A stretch of DNA of 64,000 bases, taken from NCBI GenBank assembly GCA_017654855.1, contig CM030337.1:2108001-2172000 (forward strand). Reading direction: 5' to 3'. Source of the stretch: Podospora anserina (taxonomy: Eukaryota). A model generated the notes under the pieces. It made no database searches, was not told the DNA's origin, and worked only from the letters and a program-made list of their open reading frames with translations. Every line of letters starts with the position of its first letter. The first letter of the stretch is position 1. Made by a program: the position numbers and the translations under genes. Shown one piece after another: positions 23,340 to 35,229 of the stretch.

Positions 23340-24328
23340 ATGGCTTTTGAGCGTAAGATGCTGCTTTCCCGAGATGCGGGGGAAGCTCCTGAACTGACAC
23401 ACGCATCCAGGTCTCGTCAGATTTGTGCCCAAGGGCGACACCAGTAAGGTCCTGGTCGGAGAACCAGTAGACAGCTCTGTCGATGTCGGTCTCGCTGTCT
23501 ACAAGGGAGAGGAGGTCCAGGTCAAGGTTTACAGCGGAAGCTCCGTTCTCGATGCCGGCTCACCAACGGGCGAGACCGCCGTCATCGGCCAGATCCTCTC
23601 GCCCGTAACGGCCAACGAGGCCGGCACAATCCGCTGCATCGGGTTGAACGTAAGTTCTTAGTAGCAGCCTGAAGGAGACTCGGGAACGTGACTAACAACT
23701 TCAACAGTACAAGCGCCACGCCGAGGAGGCCAAGATGAGCATCCCCGATATCCCGACCCTCTTCCTGAAGCCCCCTACCTGCCTTGCCGGCCCCTACCCA
23801 GAACCCACCATCATCCCCAAGCACACCATCGCCTCCGACTCGGCCGACTACGAGTCCGAGCTCGCCATCATCCTCGGCAAGGAGGCCAAGAACGTCTCCG
23901 AGGCCGACGCTCTCGACTACGTTCTCGGATACACAGCCTGCAACGACATCTCCTCCCGTGCCTCGCAGTTTGCCCAGACGCAGTGGTGCTACTCCAAGGG
24001 TTTCGACGGCGCCTGCCCTATCGGCCCCGTGTTGGTCTCCAAGGATGTTATCAAGGATGTCGGCAAGCTCAGACTCAGAGGGTTGAAGAACGGAAAGGCA
24101 GTTCAGGACAGCCCGCTCACTGATCTCATCTTCTCCGTCGAGCAGATCGTCAGCTTTGTGTCACAAGGCACGACTCTGCCCAAGGGCACAGTCATCATCA
24201 CTGGCACCCCCGCTGGTGTCGGCTTTGCTCACAAGCCTCAGGAGCTTCTCCATGACGGTGACGAGTTTATTGTTGAGATTCAGCCACATATCGGCAGCTT
24301 GGTGAACAAGCTGCAGAACGAGAAATAG
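23340..24328 (+). CDS. Fumarylacetoacetate hydrolase (FAH) family protein; exons 23340-23352, 23411-23649, 23708-24328
   Basis: Spliced MAFERLVRF..., CIGLNY, FLKP, DYESELAII, GYTACNDISSR, KGFD, IITGTPAGVG motifs. Confidence 0.93.
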
Positions 24329-24657
24329 TATGGTTAGGGAATGGGAGGGGTTAGACTTTGAAGAGGTGGTGGTGGCCGCACTCGGAAAAAGCGAGGATGG
24401 TTATAGATAGAGTTTACAGCATCACTTATCACCAACCCAAAAAAAAGGAAATTTCCAACATCAGAATGCAAATTAGCTACCATGGAATAAACTTCGGGAT
24501 AGAAGCAGACTTTTGTTTACAGAAATGGCGGCTTCTGATATTACAAAGTCAAAACATATATAAGTTTCTGTTTTAAAGAGCATCCATCTTCTTGACATCT
24601 CTTTCACTCTTCCAGACTCGACTTCCAAATCCCGCAATTAAAAACCTTTTTTCCAAA

Positions 24658-24757
24658 CCATCCATCCATCCATCCATCCATCTATCCATCTATCCATCTA
24701 TCCATCTATCCATCTATCCATCTATCCATCTATCCATCTATCCATCTATCCATCTAT
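24658..24757. repeat. Compound (ATCC)/(ATCT) microsatellite, about 100 bp
   Basis: Alternating ATCC/ATCT units visible. Confidence 0.9.
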
Positions 24758-24807
24758 CCTACCATCACACTCACTCTTTTTTTCTCTTCCCAACACTAAT
24801 AACCATT

Positions 24808-25625
24808 ATGACCTCCAAACACACACCGCTCCCGGCCGCCGCCCTCCCTTCTCGTTCGCCCATCACGAACAAAAAATCTCCAAGCATTGCCTGCTCGCGG
24901 TGGAAGAACACCGCCACCAAGCCAAAAACACCCCCGTCGTCGACTGCTCACGGAGAAAAAAAACGGGCACTCAAGCTGGAAAAGCAGCAGCCTCGAGGTG
25001 GGAATAGAGCGTCAAAAAATTTGAAAAGAGGGCCCGCCGAGCAGAAAAGTCGAGTCTTGGATTGGAGAGGGAGCGCTACAAGAATAAGAATATTAAGCTC
25101 AAGCACAAGATTTTGAGGGCTGAAAGGGATAATAAAGAGAGGGAGGGGGTTAGGATTGTTGAGGAAATTGCCAGGGCGAGAATGGAGAGGGTGAGGTTGG
25201 AGGAGGAGGTTACCACCATAAGGATGGAGAGGGAGGTTAGGAGGGTCAAGTTGAACGAGGAGATTACTAAGATGAGGATGGAGAGGGTCAAGTTGGAGGG
25301 GGAGGTTCTCGCGAACCTGATGGAGGCGCAGGTTCTCGCCCGGGGGAGGGATAATAAAGGTGTGGAGGGGGTTAGGTTGGAAAGGGAGGCTGATAAGATT
25401 ATGATGGAGGCGCGGGTTTTGGCCCAGGAGAATGTTGATAGAGTTGCCGAGGGGCAGAGGTTGATGGAGGAGGTTGATAGAGTCCGGGCGGAAAAGGAGA
25501 TCCTGGAGATGGTGAGGCAGGAGCATGGTTTGAGGTGGGAGAAGATGGTGAGGCAGGAGCATCGTTTGAGGTGGGAGAAGATGGTGAGGCTGCGGCAAGA
25601 GGAGATGATGGGGGTTTGGGGGTAG
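24808..25625 (+). pseudogene. Disrupted (or N-terminally truncated) orphan coiled-coil protein gene
   Basis: The frame from ATG 24808 needs a -1 shift near 24955-24985 and passage of TAG 25005-25007 to join an E/R/M-rich helical frame (25008-25625); 36-bp tandem duplication at 25507-25590. Confidence 0.5.
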
Positions 25626-25725
25626 GGGGTAGGAGGTGGCATCCCATGGTTATTTTCGTCTCATATAAGCTCTTGCTTGTACTCTCTATCAGTCTATACC
25701 CCTGATAGCATCCAATCGAGCAAAT

Positions 25726-26190
25726 CTACTCAAGCAAACCAGGCAAATTCTCCTTGATGTACTTCACCACCGCGTCAGGCCCCTTGTCCACCTGCAACCC
25801 CTGAGGCAGGGAGAAAGTCTTGAGGTCTGGGACGATTTCTTTGGCGATGGCGATGATCTCGGCTGCTTGCTCGGGGGTCCACATGGAGGCAGTGAACTAC
25901 TTCCTGTTAGACTTATGGTTTGGAGAGTAAGGCTGAAGGGGCATACCAGGACGTTGGGCTGAGCTGCCTCGACAGTTTCTTTTACTTTGTCAATGCCTAT
26001 TATGTATGTTAGCTCGGGTACTTTAGAGTTCATAAGGGGGTATAAAGGGGTGCTTACTCTCTGCATTGCCAGCGTGGATGATGGTGTACTTGTCCTTGAC
26101 ATCCTCCACAACCCGGCCGATGAGCCGATAGGCGCGCTCGGGGGCCGTGTTGACGGTGACGAGCTTGAAGGGGCCGAGTGGTTGAGACAT
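25726..26190 (-). CDS. 117-aa small alpha/beta protein of unknown function; exons 26058-26190, 25947-25996, 25726-25896
   Basis: Two canonical introns (GTAAGC..CTAAC..TAG; GTATGC..CTAAC..TAG) give an uninterrupted ORF MSQPLGPFKLVTVNTAPERAYRLIGR...VKYIKENLPGLLE*; CACAATG start context. Confidence 0.88.
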
Positions 26191-29100
26191 TGTGCTTGTT
26201 GTATCTGGACAAGACTCGGTATGTTTGCTTGGTTAAAGGGGTTGATGTGTTACACAGTCAAGAGCGATAGACAAGAACGAGTGGGTGAGACTACATCCCC
26301 GTCAACGGGAAAAGATATGCCGTCATTTCGCGGGCGAAATGGAACAATACAAACCCCCTATTACTACCTGATTCGAGACTAGCAGCCATTTATTTGTCCA
26401 TAGAAGAGGAGGCATCGCTGTGATGGTGTAACCTTGCACCATATGCTCTTGGCAACTTGAGGAGTTCAATCTAGGTCCAAAGATGGGTGATAGTTGTCCC
26501 GTAAGCAACGCTGAAGCTGTCAAAAGAAAACCCCGCTGGAGTGGGCGAGTTTAAACCCGAGAACCGAGCGATTGGAAAGCGCGGAGTCCAAATGTAATAG
26601 CCGGCGTGGTATGGGGGTTCGGGTTAGGGTTTGTAGCGTCGTTTGCGGAGGTCTATATGGCGTAGCTACGTTCACGAAGTTTGGCCATCGGGCTGCTCAT
26701 GGTGATATGTACCATAACCTTTTTCTCAGGAGGAGAAATGAAGCCGAAGCAATCTTTGGAGAAGTCAAGCTTCTGTAGGGGCTGATGGTCGACGCCGGAG
26801 TCTGTGCGTCTGGAACCAGGCATATCCCCAACCCTATTATAGTCAAGTACAATACCGTTTGTTCAAGGAAATGACGACACTCAAATCTTTCAATCTTGTT
26901 CTCAACAAACTTCTTCGACATCTCATGGGTTTATTCAGCCCGACTCTAACATACTGCCCCTTTTTTCGACCACAACTCTCGCTATGAGATTGGCTGGACA
27001 CCTCGCACGGCTTCCACTCCCGTCTTTCCACCAACGGTGTCAGCCCGCATATCGCGTCCATCCCCTCGGGTCTAGACCATCCAGTCAGCTTCACGAGAGA
27101 AGGCCGCAGAGCTGGAACAAGACTTCTGCCACGCACGTGGGTGGAGTCCCTTGCATTTTGTCTCCCACTAATCCTTTGATGTTCAAGCACGATGCTTGCG
27201 ACATCGGATTGCAGCTGGCTGTTGGACGTTGGGGGCTCACGATGGTGCAAGCGCTGACGGTGTGCATCTTGTCACCCAAACAATTCGAAGCGAGCCGAGG
27301 CCAAGTGGGCTTCTTGACTATGGCTAGAGCACCCTATTCGTTCGGCGATGAACAAGGAAGGTATCACGAAAAGCGTCGGTGTGCTATCCATCCCATCCTG
27401 ATATGCCTGACCGAGCTAGGTTTCACCTGCCATACATGAGAAGAGAAAAACTATGAACTAACTGAAATGACATAGCCAACTTGGTAATAAGCACCACGAG
27501 AATTTCCTGATGTCGAATAAAGACGTGCTCGTCCGCAGCCACTCATGAGCATCAGCCTTATCTCCGGCACATGTCTGGACCCCCACGAATGATCCAGATT
27601 TGGCAGACCCTATTTCGACTACTATGGAAGGGATCCGAGTGAGCACCCACTGCCCGCTCCGAGTTGGGAAGGCGGCCGAAGAGGTTATCGTGACCTCCAG
27701 CCGTCAGTTGGTGACTTGCGGGATTTCATTCTCGCTCTCACAGCATTTACCAAAGGTCAGCAAGGGCAGCGGCTACCGACATCGGTCCGCCAATAAACAT
27801 ATGCAGTTCAACCCACGGGATTGGGTCTTGCAAGAAGGCCGACGGTGCTCCCGCTTCCGATGGACTCGGGCATGCGGACAGCTAGGTTGGGCACGCCCGG
27901 CCAACGACATCAGCTAGAAGGCCAGTGGATCACCAACATCCCAAGGGCCGTAAGGTTAACTAGGCTCGCGCGGCACTTGGATTTTCGTACGACTATGACG
28001 TCTCTGATTGGATCCAACGGCATCCTTCTGGAAGTTTTCTACTGCTGGACAGGTTGAACACCCCCGACTGACCCTTTTATGACTTGCCGATATGCTGTGT
28101 TACCCAACCTCGCCAGCAAAAGTTCATGTCATCGACAGCAAGTCTTGAAGAATCAGCTGCTCGTTTGCCGAGATGCGTACAGTTTCCAATGATATGACTG
28201 ATATCTGGAAGATGTGCGTTGCAGAGAGGGGTTTGGCGAGACCAATGGAGCCGCGGCCAAAGTGGGTAATCCGCCAGGATGGAATATCACGGAGCGCTCT
28301 ATCCTGACCAAAAAGAATGAGGGCAGGTGACCGAGTTTCATCAATCACGATCGGGCGGATCCGGTCAAGAAGCGACTCGGAAGCGGGGACAGAGATGGAA
28401 AATTGATAGTAGCGATGGTAAGGTAGGTTCTCCCCCCACGCTCGGCGATATTGGCATCCCATATGTATGCCAATGGATACCGCGGGTGAAACCCAAAGTT
28501 GGGCCTTCCAACTTTTCCCTTTTACGGCTCAACTGAGGCTATCGTGAACTGGCTGCGGCACATGCATTGTGTAGCACTTGTCCCCAGCCCGTGCCACCAC
28601 CACCGCTCCTCAAGCGTTCAGGGCGTTGACAGGTTCCCGACAGAGGGGCCGAGTAGCTGCCGTGCAGGTCTTCAAAGACGACACCGAGCCAATGGAGGAC
28701 GCAGTACAAGGCAGGCGCCAAAGCGCCGTGTCGGATGCCGGTGGTGTTGAAGGTCTCTCGGACTGTGAAACATGAAGATTGGGCTGGGTTGGCCATTGAG
28801 GTCGCTTGGCGGACAGGCTCTCATTGGTGCCCTATTCCCAGCAAGCTCGCCAGGGCATGGAACAGACGTCACCAAACACAAGCCCTGATCACCCCGCAGT
28901 CGCACCCGGAGGACGGGATTGCGGACATGTCCTTTTGATGGAACCGTGATGGCATGATACCCCAGGACACAAGTCCCGCAGGTGTCAGCCGGATTGCCGC
29001 TGATGGGGATGCCCTCTCGAGGACAAGAGGGGACCTGTTGCTGAAGAGCGGTGTGCTATGTGCTCTTTTGGACTGATGGACGCCTTCCAGCGGCTGATGG

Positions 29101-30180
29101 CAGCATTGCGCGGCTGCCGACGGGCGTTGAAGACATTGCCCGGGGCTGTGTCCGTTCTCTTACTCACTGCCCATACGGATATGTAAGGTAAGGTCAGCAA
29201 GCAGCGGATCAGCACATGCGCCAGAAGGAATACACCAACTTCGTGATCCAGCGGCGTGCCTCTACACAAAGCGTCGTTGATATGTACCACCAGCCTCACG
29301 TTCTGTGTTGTGTGCAGCAGGGTCCTGAGTCCTGACCGAGTGATCTCATGGCTTGCTGAAGAAAAAGCTGGGTGTCATCGCCCATTGGGTGTTTTCAGTC
29401 TCCCTCGGGTGTGACAGGAACATGGTACGGCAACGATGCTGAGAGGTCAATTGGACGGATATCTCGGTGGGACTGGAATGGAGTGGTGGACTTGGAAAAA
29501 CCCAAATCAAAAAAAATGAGAGCCCAATTTGTTTTCCCAAGGTTTGGAATGCCTCGTGACCCTTTCTAATCATGCCACACCGCCGCATTATCCGCTGCAT
29601 CTCTTTTTTTTCTTTCTCTTGTCCCCTGTGGTCGCCTTGTTGCTGCTCGACGACGCCTTCGGGTCACTTCTTTGGGTCTTTTCTTGGCTCTCTTTTCGAA
29701 GCGCCCCAAGAGAAGGAAGGTAGTCTTGGGAGGCGGCTCACAGAGTCCCCAGACTTTTTTTTTCTTTCTCTTTCCGTTGATGCAAGCCAAATCATTTTCG
29801 CATACTGTGTCGAGAGAGGAGTAATAGTACCTGGTGACATCAAAAGTACCCGAGTGGGTTTCTTGGGTTGTATAGGAACAAAGAGTAGATAGCCATGCAA
29901 TTGCAGGTATCTCCCATGTCTTGCTGCAAAGCCCGTGCCCAGCTTGGGTTGATGGATGCCGTTTGTCGAGGGGGGTTCTCTTTTATGCTTTTTTTTTGTA
30001 GTTTCCCCAAACTACCCCCAACCTTGTAGTGTGTGTGCGTGCCTGTGCGCTGCTGCCGGAGTGACTGTGCCCCCCTTTTTTTTTTCTTTCCTTTTTTTTT
30101 GTGCATTTCCTTATTTGGGAGGGGAGGGACTGGGATCTTTAAACCTGGCTCTTGTGCCCGAGGAATTAGGGATTGGAAGA

Positions 30181-30187
30181 TATAAAG
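30181..30187 (+). promoter_or_regulatory. Putative TATA box (TATAAAG) of the Cys-rich peptide gene
   Basis: TATAAA followed by an ATG-free, C/A-rich leader ending at the 30493 start codon. Confidence 0.55.
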
Positions 30188-30413
30188 GGTAGACACCTCC
30201 CACACTTTTCCCTTTGGCCTTTGGGCAGAAGCATCATCATCTCTTCAAGCCTTACCAAACGTTGTCATTGTCAACTCTTTCAAAGCTGCCATTAAGCTAT
30301 ACCTACACCATCCATCTACCTATTTCACCAGCCATAGCACTCAGCTGTTGACTCACCACTTACACACACTTGTGTCCACCTCTATACACACACATACCTA
30401 CCACACCATACCA

Positions 30414-30438
30414 CACAACAGCAACCACAACAGCAACC

Positions 30439-30486
<48 letters not shown>
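30414..30486 (+). repeat. (CAA)n tract immediately 5' of the small Cys-rich ORF
   Basis: About 15 perfect CAA units preceded by CAACAGCAACCA variants. Confidence 0.9.
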
Positions 30487-30492
30487 TCAAAA

Positions 30493-30618
30493 ATGGCCGC
30501 TGTCGAATACCAAGAACTCGTCAACAACTGCTGCTCCTTCTGCTGCAAGGCCATCGACTTTGGCACCCACGACTACTGCCCGGCCAGCGAGCACCCTTAC
30601 AAGGGGTGCCCTTATTGA
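30493..30618 (+). CDS. 41-aa Cys/His-rich peptide MAAVEYQELVNNCCSFCCKAIDFGTHDYCPASEHPYKGCPY
   Basis: Strong start context CATCAAAAATGGCC; 27 of 40 non-start codons end in C and all six Cys are TGC; upstream TATA and ATG-free leader; G/T-rich 3'UTR-like tail. Confidence 0.75.
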   Translation: MAAVEYQELVNNCCSFCCKAIDFGTHDYCPASEHPYKGCPY

Positions 30619-33230
30619 AAGAGCAGAGGGCACAATGCAGATCCATTGTATACAAAGCCCCGCCCGATTGGGATGGCTGCAGTGAAGCGAGACAGCATAT
30701 GCACACCCTTCCTCCTTCGGCACGCTTGGCTCAGGAACAGGGGGGGATTGACGGCATCTACCGTCCCCCCCTCGGAGTTGGGAGTTGGGGTTGTCTCGGT
30801 GAATTGGTGATCCCCATATTTTTCATCGGGGAGATAATTCCCGGATCGACGATGGAGAGAGGAGGGGAGAGGAGGGGAGGATGTCACTCGCAATGGATGC
30901 AAGGCCGAGGGCGTCAGTTTCATGATTCCCTTTCGGTGGAGAGGCACTGTTGATGAGACATGGGGCGGGTCAATCCCTTTTTGCACTTTCGTTTTTTGGG
31001 AGCACAGACATGGATGAGAAGGAAACAAGTGATTTTATGGTGTATAGGGGGCATGGGATATGGAGTCACTCTCTGGGACTGTTCTGGGCGTGTGGGCATT
31101 TTGTTTTTCTTTTTGGCAGATACCCACTTGATAGCCAGTTTTTTGTTCAATCCTGTAACAACTCGGTTGTATTCTATTTTTTGCAACTTTTCGTGTGAAT
31201 AACTAGCTTATGATACCATCTTTGCAAACACATCTGAACGTCCTACCCGCCCAATGGTCATGCACGCATACCTGCAACCGACTGCTTCCGTCCAGAAAAT
31301 AGATCGATATCTTGACCCTACCTACCCTTGACCGACCATCGTGAAGACAACAGTAGCAACAGCAACCGTGCGCAAGTGACCCTGCCTGCCTACCCTGCCT
31401 GCTCGGTTGCTTGCCGCCCGGCGCTTGCCCGCCCACTGCCACGGCGATGCATGAAATGTTTATGTAGGACGCCACGGCTAGGGGAGTGTTTTTTGTTCGG
31501 TGTTCTCTTTTGGGTTGTTTATACATGATATTAGCCTAGTTGAAGAATGCCTTAGGTGGTAGCTGGCCCGGCCTGGCAATATGCGGCCCATCATGGGACG
31601 CACGAGACAGGAAAATAGAGTGATGTTGCTCTCGAGCGGCCGCCTCGGTTGGGGTTTGTGAGGGGTGTAATGAAATCCTATTTCACTTGATATCGAGAGG
31701 GGAGACTGACGTGGCTACCTATCGTGAACCCCTGATCTACAACTAACTGGGGGAAAGCTGGACTGTGCGTTACCAGCCGTTTCCCGCTACCTACCGTTGA
31801 ATGTAACCCCTGAAGAAACGGGTCAAGGCACAACAACCCCCGCCTTGAGCACAACCTCCGCTTTATACTACGCTGTGGTTTGTTAGACGATGATACGATG
31901 ATTCAATCTTTGACTGTTAGAGGTTGTTATGCAGGTGAGTGGAATGGGGTATACAATTGTTGTGTTATATATATCTTACTCCACCTCAGACAAAATGAAA
32001 ATGTGATTGCGAATTTATTGTTGGGGAGATGAGGATGGTGGATGATATTCCGTCAATAACTGATCACCAGTTATCGTGAAACTGTGAAAGAAAGGCGGGG
32101 GATCAACCATCCATCCATTTCCATCTCATCCGGAGTCCGAGCTGGTTCAACTCCCGCAACCAGAATATCTCCAACCATGGTCTATGGCTCGAGTTTATGT
32201 GAGCCAGACTTATATCATCTTTGGGTTTGGGATAGATCACGTAGTACAAGAAGCTCTAGTACTGCCAACAAGGCTGTATGTCAGAGCAGGTAATAAGCTG
32301 ACTATTATCAACCTCCAACAACAACATACATTTCGTGACCATCAAGGATCATGAACCCCAACTTCCAACAAACCCCCCCTCCCCCCTTCCCCCCAGGGTC
32401 AAGATTACGAAAGCACTACACCCCATCCAGCATAGACCAACTAACTTCCTCCTCAAATCCCTACATCCCAACAACCGGGAAACATCTCGCAAGCTATCCC
32501 TCCATTCGATTTAGCTCGAAATATCAGATCATATCCCGTTTCCACCTCCATCATAAGCCTCGAAAACCAAGAAAAAAGCAACCCCTTCTCAGCAGTGATC
32601 TTCTATTCCCCCCCTCAAGGGCTTACAACAACCCGGAGAAGCAAACCTCTAAGCCTACGACGATGCACTTATGCACGTAACCCACACCGAGAAGACTCCA
32701 AAAAAGCAACGAGCATCGCATCAACTCCCGATCCCCGTGTAGTGTACCCCCCGGTCTGCAAGGGCTAGGTACCTATGTAGGTGGCATGGGTTCGAATTGT
32801 TGCGCTGTCGGGGCTGCAGTTTGCCTACCGCTGACCAGGCACTCTCAAAAAGTCGAAACAGCAGGTAGCAACCACCACCACGACCTGCCTTAAACCCAAA
32901 TCACAGACCGGTGTGGGTAAATCCCAGCTGCGCAACAATATCTCAGCCTGCGTAAGATCTACTCTTGAAAAAAGCACAATATACCCCCAATGAAGATACA
33001 CTAGCAAAGCAGGGCAACAAACAGGCTAGTAATCAATAAGGCAGCTCACAAGAAATCCTGCCCCACCCCCCCTAGCATGACGCAAAGGTGGTCTGATATT
33101 CCTTGCTTTCTTCTTCTCAAAAATTCCAATCAATTCCCACATGCCAATGTCAATAATCCCATACCTTGAATCCCAAAACCCATCATCATCCGCTCCCCCC
33201 TTTCATTACCATTATACTCCAACGAAAAAA

Positions 33231-35229
33231 CTAATACAACCCCTGAAAAACAGCCGCAATCCCCCCCTTATCCCACTTAACCCTCCCCTGCCCTCCCTTC
33301 TTCCCCTTGTCAATCTCATGATACCGGTCCCAAAACCGACAGTACAGCGGCTCAATCATGTTCTGCATGTCCTTCGCAAACTGCCCCCTCACCTCCTTCT
33401 CCATGCTATAACTCTTGTGCTTCTGCACCATGTCCTCAAACCCAGCATTAAACAACTGAAACTTCTCCTTGATCTCCGCCTTGTCCTTGCTCCCCAACCC
33501 CTTCATGATGCTGGCACTATCCACCGCCCCTTGCCCGCTCGTCGGTCTCCCACCACCCGACCTGCCACCTTGCCCAGTCTTGATCATGTCGAACAAATGC
33601 ACCGACACATCCTTGCAAGCTTCCATGTAGAGCGAGGTGGCCTTCTTTCTCCAGGCTTCGAGCACACCCAACCGGCCTTGGAGGAGAGGTCCAAGGTCAG
33701 ATTGGAGAATCATCCTCTCGATGATGACGACGCTGTTGGCTAAAAAGACGCCCATGACAGGTTTCTTTTGGAGGATCAACCGTGCCCGGCCGTCGAGGGA
33801 CATCATCAACGCTTCGATGGTGTCAGTGCAGTAGTGCGCAAAGATTTCCTTGCCATCGGCCCCGACGTCGAAAGACGCAAGACTAGGGATGGCGTCCCCT
33901 ACTGCCCCGCTTCTCGAGGCGCTGACAGACTTCCAGTTCCCATCTCCCAACGAAACCATAATGCTCGATATTGGGCGGAGAAATTCCACCATTGTCTGTA
34001 GTCTCTGCATGGTTTCCGAAATGATTGGTATTGGCGCGCCGTCCTGGGGCAGTGTCTGTAAAGAGTTGACCCGCCGCTTTGTGTCCTCCAACAGCTCGGC
34101 AAGGGAAGACTTGGCGGTTTCCCGGACTGGTTTGAGAGAGGCGGCCAGTGAGCTCTTGAGCTCGCCTGTCTTGGCCTCGAGGTTGTTGGAGAGTGCTGAG
34201 ATAATCTCGACGATCTCGTAGGCGAGGTAGCAGTCTGTGTTCATGTGCTGTTTGATGTGACCGTTCAGTTCTCGCAGTGTCCTTCCCAGCTCTACCAGGG
34301 CCGGCTGGCAGGTTGCTTGAAAGACGGAACCCCAGTCTTCTCTCGTGAAAATGTTGCAGATGTTTTCGTACTCGGAGAGGAACAGTCCCTCCATCGCCTG
34401 CGCGTAGGTGCCTATTCCGTTGGTGCCCGCCCGGTAGATTGCGTCTGGGTTCTTCTTCTTTGCCGTGTTGCTGCTGGCCGCGGCCATGTTTACTAGTGAC
34501 GAAGAGAGGTATTGCGATCTTATTTCGGCGTAGATCTTTGCTACTGGTGATTCTTGTGGTGGATTAGCCCCTGCAGTTTGCTGATTTACAAATGAGTTCA
34601 TCAGGCCGAGTTTGTTGAACTTGTCTTGTGACAACACTGGGAACGCCTTGTTCTTCGTGATGAAGTGTAGTGGTTCGATCATTCTTGGTGTTTCGCTTCG
34701 TAATAGTTTGTCGAAAGCATTCTCGAGTTGGGAGTTGCCGAGCTTAACCAGGCGCTGGAGTTCGGCGACGGTCTGTTGGGTTGATCGTAGGTTGGAGGCC
34801 TTCATGTCGTCGAGGGCCTTGTTAAGACGCTTGATTGAACCAAGGTAGTTGGAGAGGCCGGCCTTGTCGGGGCCCATTCGGATAATCTGTTCTTCGTCAT
34901 TCTTGCTGTCTGCTGGCTGTCGTAGACGTTCAATAGCTGCAATGACGGAATCGATGTCTGAGAAAGAGTGGCACGTCAGCTCCGGTTGCGGATGAGCTGG
35001 CAGCTGGTGGCTACACACTATTGCCGAGTATCTGTAGTCTTCTTGTCTCGCCGTTGAGAGGTCCGGCGACATCACGAACGCTCTTCCCTGTAGCTTCTAG
35101 TCTTCCCAAGCAAGCTTGGATCTTCTTGGTCAACTGGGTGGTCTTTTCGAGGCGCGAGTTGAGAACGTCGACCTCGGCGCGGGCTTCTTCGTCGGCGGCC
35201 GGTCGGCCATTGGCAAGCCCGACAGCCAT
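33231..35229 (-). CDS. EXO70: Exocyst subunit Exo70; intron 34958-35018
   Basis: EEARAEVDVLNSRLEKT N-terminus, IEPLHFITK, FLANS, IKEKFQLFNAGFEDMV...EPLYCRFWDRY C-terminus. Confidence 0.94.

Noticed and set aside
25062-25625. Possible Spok-type meiotic driver suggested by the coiled-coil repeats
   Set aside because: No downstream nuclease, Cys-cluster or kinase region; the ORF ends right after the helical repeats.
30348-30953. 201-aa ORF with poly-Asn, and an 82-aa poly-Thr extension, overlapping the Cys-rich peptide
   Set aside because: Both start at TTG/GTG and merely translate the CAA tract; the ATG context and codon bias support only 30493-30618.
32351-32680. 109-aa ORF downstream of EXO70
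   Set aside because: Low-complexity C/A-rich sequence, consistent with antisense of a 3' region; no motifs or codon bias.
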